Assembly (NCBI RefSeq): GCF_001194135.2
Contig: NC_068986.1
Location: forward strand, 53,538,905 to 53,602,904
Direction: 5' to 3'
DNA: 64,000 nucleotides
Origin: Octopus bimaculoides
Taxonomy: Eukaryota
The notes under the pieces are model-generated. The model was not told where the DNA came from and did no database searches. It worked only from the letters and a program-made list of their open reading frames with translations. The position numbers were made by a program, and so were the translations under genes. Below, piece by piece: positions 15,511 to 26,704 of this stretch (within the stretch, counting starts at the first letter, position 1; the number at the start of each line of letters is the position of its first letter).

Positions 15511-15800
15511 CTTCCAATTCGCCGATAGTTATTTAGTATGTTTCCAATGCACCAGATCCTGAAAGGTGTGAAATCTTTAACGCAGAGAACTGTCCACCGG
15601 CGCCTCACTCCTCCTGGACCGTGCTTCCGTGTGACTTAAGATGGCGCCCACCGGACGAGTGGAAGGTTTCGACGAGAAATAGTTCGCAGGCTCTTTATTT
15701 TTATCTCCACTGAAATATATAAACCGTTTTCGGAGGAGAAGTAAAATCAAACCCAAACCCAACCGCAGATTTCACAAAAAAAACATCAAAAGAAATCACC
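15505..15800 (-). promoter_or_regulatory. CpG-rich CLTC promoter/5'UTR region with two YY1-type AAGATGGCG motifs
   Basis: Local GC/CpG enrichment directly upstream of the ATG. AAGATGGCG occurs on + at 15638-15646 and on - at 15513-15505 (overlapping the start codon). ETS-like CGGAAG on - near 15625. Confidence 0.65.
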
Positions 15801-18000
15801 AAGGAGATGTTGTCAGGAGTTCATTTATAATTTGTGACCAAAGCAACGACAAGTAAATGGTATCTCTTCGTGTGGGAACTATTTTGCGCTGCGTAAATTG
15901 TCCTCCTCCTTCTACTCCTCCGTCATCGCCACCACTAACTAGAACGATGACGCTAACATAGTATATAGGAGTGAATATGAGAGAGAGAGAGGCAGACAGA
16001 ATGTCTATAAGGGGAGGTAGTAAAGAAGAGATTTGCCAAAGCAGGCAACTTTGACATTCATAGTGGTTTCTTGGGTGTAGGAGTAATATTAATGAATGGG
16101 TCGATATATAATACATTCCATAGGAACACGAAGACGATCAGTTAGAATGTTGGTGGTCCAATGTGATGTGGTACTGTTCGATCTTTCAGAAATGATAGCT
16201 CGTTTTCTCCCAATTTAGATAGTTTTTAGGTAACTAACGAGGAGGGAGAATAAAGCAATTATGTAAATATATATTATAAATGTATACAAGTTTTGATGTT
16301 CAATCTATCTCGTATTATTTATATNNNNNNNNNNATATATAAATATGTATATATATAAATTGTATGTGTGTATAGTGCAAAATAGAAAATAGACTACATT
16401 CTACATTAGGTTAAGATTTGAACCTGTTGTTCAGGTGCAAATACATTATGACAGTATAAAAACCACCTGATATTTATAATCAATACTGGTAGTCTGTTTA
16501 CTCTTCCTTGTCTATCGACACATTAACTTACCTCATTTCGAAGTTTAATCACCTCAATGGCTTCGATTCGAATTTTAATTTGCACCAACACCGTTGGTGT
16601 GTTGGTTCGTTTTCCACACTGAGAATATTGTTTACTTACCCTGTGGTGCATTTATTTCGAAGGAAACCTGCTCACCTCATTCCCCCTTTAAACAAATTTT
16701 TTTTTTTTTTTCCTTTCAGGTATTTCTTTTTCGTAATTATTTTCCTGAGACAACACAGAATGAAATAAATTTATTTGCTATAATTTTTCATATTTATTGA
16801 TAATAAAAAGAAAATCCTAACTCTTATTTTTGAGAGAAATCGTTCAATGAATAGGTAGGAAGTCATTTTATTTTTCAAATATTTTTTTTAAATCATTTAC
16901 CAAGCGGTTCATTGAATAGTTCTCTATTGTACACGTGTAAAGAAAACTTGCGAAACTGGGCATGCATATGTTTGATCGTAAATTACTTTTATTAATACAC
17001 GCGTACATTTCCAGATAGACGCAAGCACAGGTACGTACGTTTCTAACTGCGCGTATATTTTGTATAACGATAATATTATTTACAAAAGCCCTACCTGAAA
17101 AACAACTCATAAATGGAGTGGGTGATACAAGAAGTGTAAGACATGGGCAGATAACCTATGTCTACCTGTTTATTACGTTGGAAGAAAATTCTGAGAAATG
17201 TAAGGATTCAGGAAAATTAGTATAACACGGGTCAAGGCTGAATCAAATAATTACACTTCTGTTGCTTAAAGGTAGGATTAGACACCATTACTACAAACAT
17301 ATTATACGTATATAATAATAATAATAATAATAATAACAACAATACTTAAAATAATAGTAACACTACTTTAAATAATAATAATAATTATTATTATTATTAT
17401 TGCTACAAACAATGTATCATCAATAGTGATGTAAACCACCCTTTGAAAAATCAATACACAAAGTGTGTGTGTAGACTGGGACTGTTTTCAAATGATCCGA
17501 AAGTTGTTAATCATTATCTCCCCTACCTATAAACGTCACATTTTATCATCATTTTAATAGTTGTGATTATTTAACCATGCTACAAGTTGCAGTATACTAC
17601 GAAGTATTTTCCTGGGAAAATATGTTTTCACGGCTGAGATCAAAAATGTAAGAAAAAAAATTAAATCACTTTAAAGCAAATTTCATTTTTGCTTACGTGT
17701 ATTTCAATTTCAGAACATAAGGGGAGATAATCTGTAAGAAAATTGAAAAATTTGAAAACATGTTCCCTACATGACATATTTTCTTATCCCTCCCTCACTA
17801 TCAATCTGTCTCTCTGCAGAGAGAGAGAGAGAGTATGTGTGTTTATACATATATATATATATATCGTCGTTGTAACGTCAACTTTTCCATGCTTGCATGG
17901 GTCTCAGAGCAAGACATATCTTCACAGAATATTAGAAAAAGAGAGACACTGCTTGTATGACAGTGGCTCTTATTTCAGCTGTCACGCGCTGGCAAGGTAA

Positions 18001-18034
<34 letters not shown>

Positions 18035-18852
18035 TGGGCGAATATCTTCTTCTATAGCCTCAAGCCAACCAAAGCTTATGAGGGGATTTTGTAGATGGAA
18101 ACTGAAAAGAGGTCATATGTATGTGTGTGTGTGCGTGCGTATTTGTGTCAGTGTTTGTCTCTCATCACCACTTGACAACCGGTGTTGGTGTGTTTATGTC
18201 CTCATAACTTAGTAGTTTGGCAAAAGAGGCTGGTAGAATAAGTGCCAGGAATAAAAAGTAAGTACTGGGGTTGATTCCTTCAACCAAAAATTTCTCGAAG
18301 GTAATGCCCCAGCATGGTTGCAGTTTAATGACTGAAACAAAAATAGAAATAAAAAGATGAAAGATACTTTTAAAAAAAAGGAATACTAGTGGAATATTCC
18401 CATAAAAACAGCAACCCAGCATAAATACAACTGGTCATATATTATTGTAATGGCACAGGGAACAATAATGATGTCCTTTTTTTTTTGAGATTGCTACTTG
18501 ACAGATGTGAATGTCTCATAAAATATTGGGCAAAAGGAAAACATCTATGGTGAGCTAGTGAGAAGCCTACAACCCTTATGTGTTTAGATTTTCATTTGTT
18601 CCTATTATCAGAAGCACACTGGGCTACATCACAAAAGCCAACATAAAAAAAAACAAACAAACAAGAAAGGCTAGGATTCTCCAAAAATGACTGATTCACA
18701 TTCTCCAAGTACTGTTGATTAGAAGTTCAGTCAAGATATGTGAAATATTTCAGGGGTTCTCCATTGGAGGTTCCTGGGAGAACATAAGACACCATCACAT
18801 GTACATATGGAATACACACACACACACACGCACAACAGACATACATATATAT

Positions 18853-19210
18853 CTCTTTTACTCTTTTACTTGTTTCAGTCATTTGAGTGCGGCCATGCTG
18901 GAGCACCGCCTTTAGTCGAACAAATCGACCCCAGGACTTATTCTTTGTAAGCCTAGTACTTATTCTATCAGTCTCTTTTGCCGAAACGCTAAGTTACGGG
19001 GACGTAAACACACCAGCAACGGTTGTCAAGCGAAGTTGGGGGGACAAATACAGATACACAAACATATACACACACATACATATATACATATATACGACGG
19101 GCTTCTTTCAGTTTCCATCTACCAAATCCACTCACAAGGCTTTGGTCGGCCCGAGGCTATAGTAGAAAACACTTGCCCAAGGTGCCACGCAGTGGAACTG
19201 AACCCGAAAC
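18853..19210 (-). mobile_element. Near full-length CORE-like (Octopus OR-type) SINE, young copy
   Basis: Reverse complement contains the GGTTCAGTTCCACTGCGTGGCACCTTGGGCAAGTG B-box/CORE segment, an internal (TA/CA)n and a TGACTGAAACAAGTAAAAGAG tail; CpGs retained. Older relatives at about 1570-1715, 7920-8190, 8890-9045, 18010-18360, 21190-21355, 22620-22830, 23005-23385, 41010-41345 and 43900-44070. Confidence 0.8.
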
Positions 19211-20356
19211 CCCCAAGGGCTGTGTTGATTTAAACAACAGAGCCATGTCACTTTGTGATTGGCTTGAATTCTGTAAAGGAGAAAATTTGAATACATAACA
19301 AACAAAGAAGCATACATACATACATACGTACATACATGCATAATACATTTATTTATATGTATATATGCACAAAGTCTGAGCAATAAGTAAAACAAATGAA
19401 ACATGAATTTCTGTTCAATGTACAAAAAAAAAAAGAAAAGAAAATGTTCAAATGGAGTACAATGAACAAAGATAAAAAGTGCTTAATCAAAGTTTATAAT
19501 GTTAAATCATAATTATTTGCATTAAAAAAAAACTCATAATGAAATATAAAATCTTGGATAAGTGGACAGATGAAATTTTTTATGACTTACAAAATTTTTA
19601 ACTCAGTCCACCAGCTATTTGTGACACCAGTAATTTGTTAATCACTGTTTTTCTATATTAGTAGAGGCTAAATTTTTTAAAGCAATACTTGCTACTGATG
19701 ATGAGCAAAAATGCAGAAATCTAGATTTAGTAGCCCTATCACCATGGCTGGATGCTTTTCGTCTACTACTTCCGTGCTTTATAGGATTATTCATCTATAT
19801 GAGAAGCTTTCTCAAGATGAATACCACAGTATTGTGGTTTTCTATTAGTATGTCCACATTAAGCAAGATAAACAGAATGCTACTCTGAACCAATACTGCT
19901 ACTGTTACCTATGGTGACTTTTTATCTTGTCTGCCAGCTATTTACAACACCAGTGATTTGTTAATCACTGTTTTTCTATATCAGTAGAGGATGAATTTGT
20001 CTAAGCATGTGGTTTATAGTGAATACTTACTATTGATGATGCACAATTATACTGATATCTTAATTATTTAAGTGATTTAATTATTCTGCCACTGTTGGAC
20101 ACCTTTCCTCTGTTGCTGATACTTCTGTGCCTTTTAGCGCAAGATGTCTGTATGAGATGCTTTCTCAAGAGGAACACTCCAGTTTTGTGGTTTCTACAGA
20201 ATATCCAGGTTAAGAAAGATATAGAGAAAGCCTTTGCTGCAATGTGGTTAGATGAGTGAGTACTATGCAGATATATCTTGAGAAGGCCAGTGGGTTAGTA
20301 TAGAATGAAAACTGTAGTGTATGTCCTTCAGCTTTGAAAATCAGGGACAGCATTCA

Positions 20357-20600
20357 TCATCATCATCATAATTTAGCAGCCGTTTTTTTTCATGCTGGCA
20401 TGGGTTGGTGGTTTTGACAAGAGCTGGTCAGCTAAAAAGTTGCTTGCACTCCATTTGTCTGTTTTGGCATGGTTTCTATGGCTGGAAGCTCTTCCTAATG
20501 CCAACCACTTCATAGAGTGTACTGAGTGCTTTTACGCAACACTGACATGGGTGCTTTTTACATGGCACCAGCACTCATGGGCCTGCAAGATTAGCATTAT
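20357..20600 (-). mobile_element. 3' end fragment of RTE LINE
   Basis: (CAT)n followed by CATGCTGGCATGGGTTGG..., the reverse complement of the 3' end of the RTE copies at 29000-29146 and 39850-40010. Confidence 0.7.
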
Positions 20601-21549
20601 TCAGCTGAAGTGGGATGTGGGGGACATATTGTGTTTGTGAAAAGACTACTGGAAGTAGATCCAAAAATAGTAACTGGAAACTGGAATTGAGTTGTAATTG
20701 AAGCTAAGGTTTTGTTCAGTAAATACTTTTGGAATATCTGAATATGAATAATTCAGTGGGTTTTTTTTTAAATCTTAAAATTTTTCTTGTATATCCATTA
20801 CGTATTGTAAAAAACAAAATAGAAATGGTTATATAGAGGTATTCCAGTAGTGACAATCCAATTAATATATTTATGATATGCATGCAATATATCATCATCG
20901 CCATTGTTTTAATTCCATGTTCTCAATGGTCAGACAGAATTTATTGAGGTGGATGCCCTTCCTGTTGCCAACCCTCACCTGTTTCCAAGTGAGGTAATAT
21001 TTTTCCATGGCCAGACATGTTTTCACAGAAGATTGGAAATGAAAGACACTGCTTGCATGACACTGGCAATCATCTTACAACTTTTATATGATGTCAAAGC
21101 AAGGAAATAGTGACACATACCCTCACACATACACACTATTCTCTCTCTCTCTCTCTCTCTCTCTCATACTCACACACAAACATATGTGACAGGCTTCTTT
21201 CAGTTTCCATCTACCAAATCCACTCACAAGGATCTGGTCGGCCTGCAGCTATATAGTAGAAGACACTTGCCTAAGGTTCAGCCCCACTATGTGGGCTGAA
21301 CCTGGGACCATGTGGTTGGTAAGCAAGCTACTTACCACACAGCCACTCCTGCACCTACTTATATAAACTATGTATTGGTGTGCAATATATAAAAATAGGG
21401 TGAAATTATGCAATAAGAATATTCCTCTATAACTTTTTATTTTTATTTTTGTTAGAAATTTTCTTTGGATTCCCAAATCTTGGAGTTTATGATTTGGGAA
21501 AAAATATTCACAAATTTAATTTAAACTCAATTCTTTACAATACGCCCCA

Positions 21550-21641
21550 AACCCTAACTCTAAACTCTAAACCTTCACTCTAACTCTAATCCCAAACTCT
21601 TACCCTGAATCTAAATCCTAAACCCTAACCCATGATCCCTA
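21550..21641 (+). repeat. Degenerate telomere-like (TAACCC/TAAACC)n tract abutting an assembly gap
   Basis: aaccctaactctaaactctaaaccttcactctaactctaatccc...cctaaaccctaaccc, followed by the gap 21642-22173. Confidence 0.5.
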
Positions 21642-23918
21642 NNNNNNNNNNNNNNNNNNNNNNNNNNNNNNNNNNNNNNNNNNNNNNNNNNNNNNNNNNN
21701 NNNNNNNNNNNNNNNNNNNNNNNNNNNNNNNNNNNNNNNNNNNNNNNNNNNNNNNNNNNNNNNNNNNNNNNNNNNNNNNNNNNNNNNNNNNNNNNNNNNN
21801 NNNNNNNNNNNNNNNNNNNNNNNNNNNNNNNNNNNNNNNNNNNNNNNNNNNNNNNNNNNNNNNNNNNNNNNNNNNNNNNNNNNNNNNNNNNNNNNNNNNN
21901 NNNNNNNNNNNNNNNNNNNNNNNNNNNNNNNNNNNNNNNNNNNNNNNNNNNNNNNNNNNNNNNNNNNNNNNNNNNNNNNNNNNNNNNNNNNNNNNNNNNN
22001 NNNNNNNNNNNNNNNNNNNNNNNNNNNNNNNNNNNNNNNNNNNNNNNNNNNNNNNNNNNNNNNNNNNNNNNNNNNNNNNNNNNNNNNNNNNNNNNNNNNN
22101 NNNNNNNNNNNNNNNNNNNNNNNNNNNNNNNNNNNNNNNNNNNNNNNNNNNNNNNNNNNNNNNNNNNNNNNNNCTCTTCCCATGGACCGCAAATTAAATT
22201 TGTATACACAAATTAAACCTGTACCATGGAGGAATGTAGTGGCGGACAAAAAAACAAGACAGGAAAACAAACGGAAAAGAAAACAAGACAGGAAAATAAA
22301 TGGAAAAGGCTATACGGCCAGACGTGAAAAATTATGTGTATATGAACGCTGTGAGGCACGAACTTGAAAGTGGGGACGAAGTAAGTTCACGTCTTTGCTT
22401 GGCGATAGCCAAGGAAGAAAAGGATTAGTGACCACAAGCATGTGACCATGCAGTGGTAAGGGAGAGAGAGAGTGGTAGAGGGAGAAACAAAGGAAGGAAG
22501 TAGAAGAATAGGTGAGCAACGAGAGAAAGAGAGGAATATAGTAGTACAGAAGGAAGTACGAGGGGGGAAAGAGAGAGATATAGTAGTATATATATATATA
22601 TATATATATATACATGTGTGTGTGTGTGTCTTTATGTTAGTGTTTTTCCTCCACCACTGGTTGACAATTGGTGTTGGTGTGTTTATATCCTTGTAACTTA
22701 GCAGTGTGGTAAAAGAGACGGATAGAATAAATACTAGGCTTTAAAAAAATAAGTTCTGGGATGGATTTGTTTGACTAGGCAGTGCTCAAGCATGGCCACC
22801 TTCAAATGATTGAAACAAGTAAAAAGGAAAAAAATGAAAAGAAGTTGCATATTCTGTGACAGAAAGGTAGAGGCTGGCAAAAAAAATGAAAGAATAGAAA
22901 CTTAAAAAATGGTTAATTTTTTGGGTTTTTGGCAGATTCACAAATCAATTTTTTAAAATAAATTTTAAAAATCAAGAAGTTTAAGATGGCTTACTGTACA
23001 ACTCCCAGGCATGACTATGTGGTTAAGGAGGTTATTTTGCAACCATGTGATTTCAGATTCAATCCCACTGTATGACACCTTGGGCAAGTGTTTTCTACTT
23101 TAGCTCTGGGCTGACCCTTGTGAGTGAATTTGGTAGATGGAAACTGTGGAAGCCCATGTTATATAATATGTATGCGTGTGTATGTGAGTGCATGTGTGCA
23201 TCTTTGTGTTTGTCTCCCCCCCCCATCACTTGACAACTGGTGTTGGTTTGTTTACATCCCTATAACTTAGCACTCTACCAAAAGAGACCAATGGATTAAG
23301 TACCAGAATTAAAAAGAAATAAAAATGTACTGAGGTCAACTTGTTCAAGGCCATGCATGGTCACAGTCCAGTGACTGAAACAAGTAAAATATATATATGA
23401 TAAGCTATATCTGTGTGATTAAGAAGGTACTTTGAACCTGTATGTGTGCATGTGCATGCATATAAGTGTTTGTGTATCTGTATGTATGTGTGAATGCATG
23501 TATGCATATTTTGTGTGTGTTTGTATAAGTGCATGTGTACATACACAAATATGTGTTGCTTATTATATTTTTATTTAGTTGTTACTGTCTTTGATTTTTT
23601 GTTTTGTATATTTTCTTGTTTCCCTCACAATTTGTCCTTTTACCTTTTGACCTAGAGACCTTGTCTTTTTTGGACCCACATCTTCTGTAAACATGACAAG
23701 TGTTTATTATTATTATTATTGTTTTTTATTATTATTATTGTTATTATTATTGTTATTATTATTGTTATTATTATTATCATTATTATTANNNNNNNNNNNN
23801 NNNNNNNNNNNNNNNNNNNNNNNNNNNNNNNNNNNNNNNNNNNNNNNNNNNNNNNNNNNNNNNNNNNNNNNNNNNNNNNNNNNNNNNNNNNNNNNNNNNN
23901 NNNNNNNNNNNNNNNNNN

Positions 23919-24263
23919 TAGGGCAGCAGACTCGCGGTCATACGATCCCAAACTGGGCGTTGTGAGTGTTTATTGAGCGAAAACACCTAAAGCTCCATGA
24001 GGCTCCGGCAGGGGATGGTGGCGAACCCTGCAGTACTCTTCCGCCACAACTTTCTCTCAATCTTACTTCCTGTTTCTGTTGTGCCTCTAATTCAAAGGGT
24101 CAGCCTTGTCACACTGTGTCACGCTGAATATCCCCGAGAACTATGTTAAGGGTACACGTGTCTGTGGAGTGCTCAGCCACTTGCACGTTAATTTCACGAG
24201 CAGGCTGTTCCGTTGATTGAATCAACTGGAACCCTCGACGTCGTAAGCGATGGAGTGCCAACA
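23919..24263 (+). mobile_element. tRNA-derived SINE (Octopus OK-like family), 5' end lost in gap
   Basis: Highly similar to the full copy at 32787-33170. Confidence 0.85.
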
Positions 24264-24269
24264 ATTATT

Positions 24270-24485
24270 AGTTAGCAAGCTGGCAGAATGGTTAGCATGC
24301 AGGCCAAAATGCTTAACAGCATTTAGCCTGTCATTATGCTCTGAGTTCAAATTCTGCCAAGGTTGACTTTGTCTTTCATCCTTTCGAGGTCAATAAATTA
24401 AATACCAGTGAAAGAGTGGGGTAGATATAATCAACTAGTCTCCTCCCCAAAATTTCAGGCTTTGTGCCTATAATAGAAATGATTG
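24270..24485 (+). mobile_element. Meta/MESC-like SINE
   Basis: AGCTGGCAGAATGGTTAGCA...TTCTGAGTTCAAATT...CTTTCATCCTTTCGAGGTCAATAAATTAAATACCAG...TAGAAATGATT. Confidence 0.75.
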
Positions 24486-25512
24486 TTACTTCTGCCTTAG
24501 CGAAAGTGGAGGTATTGTTTTCAGTTGTGTTTATTTGTGGACAAAATATCTCAAGAACTGCTGGATTGATTCAGATGAAACTTTCAGGGATGTTTGGTTT
24601 TGTGACTGGCAAGAACTGATTAGATTTTGGGATTGATCTGGTACTGGACAAGGATTCTGGATTGTTTGTTATATTTACTTTACTTTACATAAAATATTAC
24701 AATCTTACGTTGACTTCAAGTCTTTCTCTGATTATCTCCCTTGAAAGCACGCTCATGGTTTCCACATAAGTTATGGTGGCATTGCTGTTTCCAAAGTTTT
24801 ATTTTTGTTTCTCTATTATTAATTTTACTCGCATCTCTATCTTAGTAGTAACTGATGGATAAAGAAATCAAACTACATAAACAAATGGCAGCAAAACTGC
24901 TCAGAAATTAAATAACACTAACATATTCAGTAACAATAATAGATTTAATTTATCCTCGACAATTTTTAGTTTTACCAATTTTGAATATATCGCTCCTGTT
25001 TAAAACTTCTTACCTACTTGACAATTGCATTTCTAGCTCTGCTTTGAAGGAAGCTTTACTTCTTGGACTCACATTTTTGTGTGCAACAATGTTGTTAAAC
25101 CTCCGTTAACAGCACCGTATGCAGGTCCTTTCCTTTTTCTTTCACGCACAGATAAATTTTTCACTATAGACCTTAATGGTCGTAAAGACACTATATCAGT
25201 GGATAGACTAAAAAAGGCTTTCATAGAGAAAACTGTCCCTGTTCCCACTGCAGACGACACACACACAGCATTACAAACATAGCCCGCACACCCACCTTCA
25301 CATTCCATGACTACCATTGGGATTGATCAGGTACCGGACAAGGATTCTGGATTATTTTTCCGTTTTTTTTTACTTAACTTTTGTGAGTGATTGAGTTCAT
25401 TTTTAGTATTCTCGTTTGTGAGAGCAGTTGAGTTTATTTCAGATATTCGCATTTTAAAAATCATCTCCAGCTAATCGTTGAGAGGTTGCCTTGAAGGAGG
25501 TTTGTGCTCTTC
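24486..25512 (+). mobile_element. Helentron-associated non-autonomous element (HINE/DINE-1-like) with internal foreign insert
   Basis: 5' subterminal palindrome ACTTCTGC-CTTAGCGAAA-GTGGAGGT (24488-24513), the typical ...GATGAAACTTTCAGG...GATTAGATTTTGGG body, and a 3' CTTGAAGGAGGTTTGTGCTCT end. The family call is from remembered consensus shape. Confidence 0.55.
25040..25260 (+). pseudogene. Ty3/Gypsy integrase C-terminal (GPY/F motif) fragment
   Basis: THIFVCNNVVKPPLTAPYAGPFLFLSRTDKFFTIDLNGRKDTISVDRLKKAF matches the Gypsy THVFVRxDxVxxPLxxPYxGPF...TVSIDRLKPA motif. Confidence 0.8.
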
Positions 25513-25587
<75 letters not shown>

Positions 25588-25612
25588 TTATTATTATTAT
25601 TATTATTATTAT

Positions 25613-25666
<54 letters not shown>

Positions 25667-25690
25667 AAAGGATAATAATTATTATTATTA
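25513..25690. repeat. Compound trinucleotide microsatellite (TTG)n-(TTC)n-(TTA)n-(GTA)n-(GTG)n
   Basis: Seen directly. Confidence 0.95.
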
Positions 25691-26095
25691 AGGCATTGAG
25701 CTGGCAGAATCATTAGCATTTCTTCTGACATCACATTCTGAGTTCAAATTCAGCCAAGGTCGAATTTGCCTTTCATCCTTTAGGGGTCAATAAATTAAGC
25801 ATCTGTGGAACACTGGTGTCGATGTAATGTCTTTAATAGAAAGAAGAATTATTATTATTATTGTTAAGGCAGTGAGCTGGCAGAATTGTTAGCACACCAG
25901 ACAAAATGCTTAGTGGCCTTTCTTCCAACTTTTCATTCTGAGTTCAAATTCCACTGAGGTCAACTTTGCCTTTCGTCTTTTTGGGGTCACTAAATTAAGT
26001 ACCAGTGGAACACTGGGGTTGATGTAATCAACTAGTCCTCTCCCCACAAATTTCAGACCTTGTACCATTAGTAGAAAGGATTATTATTATTATCA
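25690..26095 (+). mobile_element. Two tandem Meta/MESC-like SINE copies
   Basis: Two AAGGCA(T)TGAGCTGGCAGAAT heads (about 25690 and 25866), each followed by the CCTTTC(A/G)TC...GGGGTCA domain and an (ATT)n tail. Confidence 0.8.
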
Positions 26096-26704
26096 TAATT
26101 ATCATTATTATTATTATAATATATGTACATATACATACATGTGCAGGTGTGCATGCATATGCTTGGCCATTTTGTCATTCAGTTACCTTTATTTTATTCT
26201 TGCATAAATTTTTCTGTTTATTTTTCTTGTATTGATACTAGATTATTTTCTTTTTTTCTATTCTTCTGTTTTTCTTTTTCTTTTTCTGTCTGTCTTATAT
26301 TTGTGGCTCATGATGAATGTTTCTTCATTGTAACTTTTCTTAAGAATTTTTAACATTGACTGCTAATTTGTTTTGTCACAAGGCAACGCCCATATTCTGA
26401 TTATTTGACATTCTGTACTTTGTAATCCAGCTGTCAGCTCTATGTCAGTGAAGTATCACGAAACTCAGAGAAGCCACAGAGAGTAATTTCAGTACTGTAA
26501 TAAATATTACACTCTATTGTAGTATTGATTACATTTTCATCAAAATTCAATTGTAAACACACACATAGGGAGAAAGACAGACAGTCATGTATAGGTGTGG
26601 CTGTGAGTTAAGAAGTTTTCTTCTCAAATATATAGTTCCTGTTTCTGTTCCACTATGTGATACCTTGGGCTATCCAATAACCTTGGGCTATCCAATAACC
26701 TTGG

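Noticed and set aside
15641-15682. ATG in good context on + (MAPTGRVEGFDEK*) as the start of a divergent gene
   Set aside because: It stops after 13 codons with no good donor and is better explained as a YY1 motif.
15796-16116. 106-aa minus ORF upstream of CLTC
   Set aside because: No recognisable homology or splice sites, and it includes (GA)n and GGA-rich promoter sequence.
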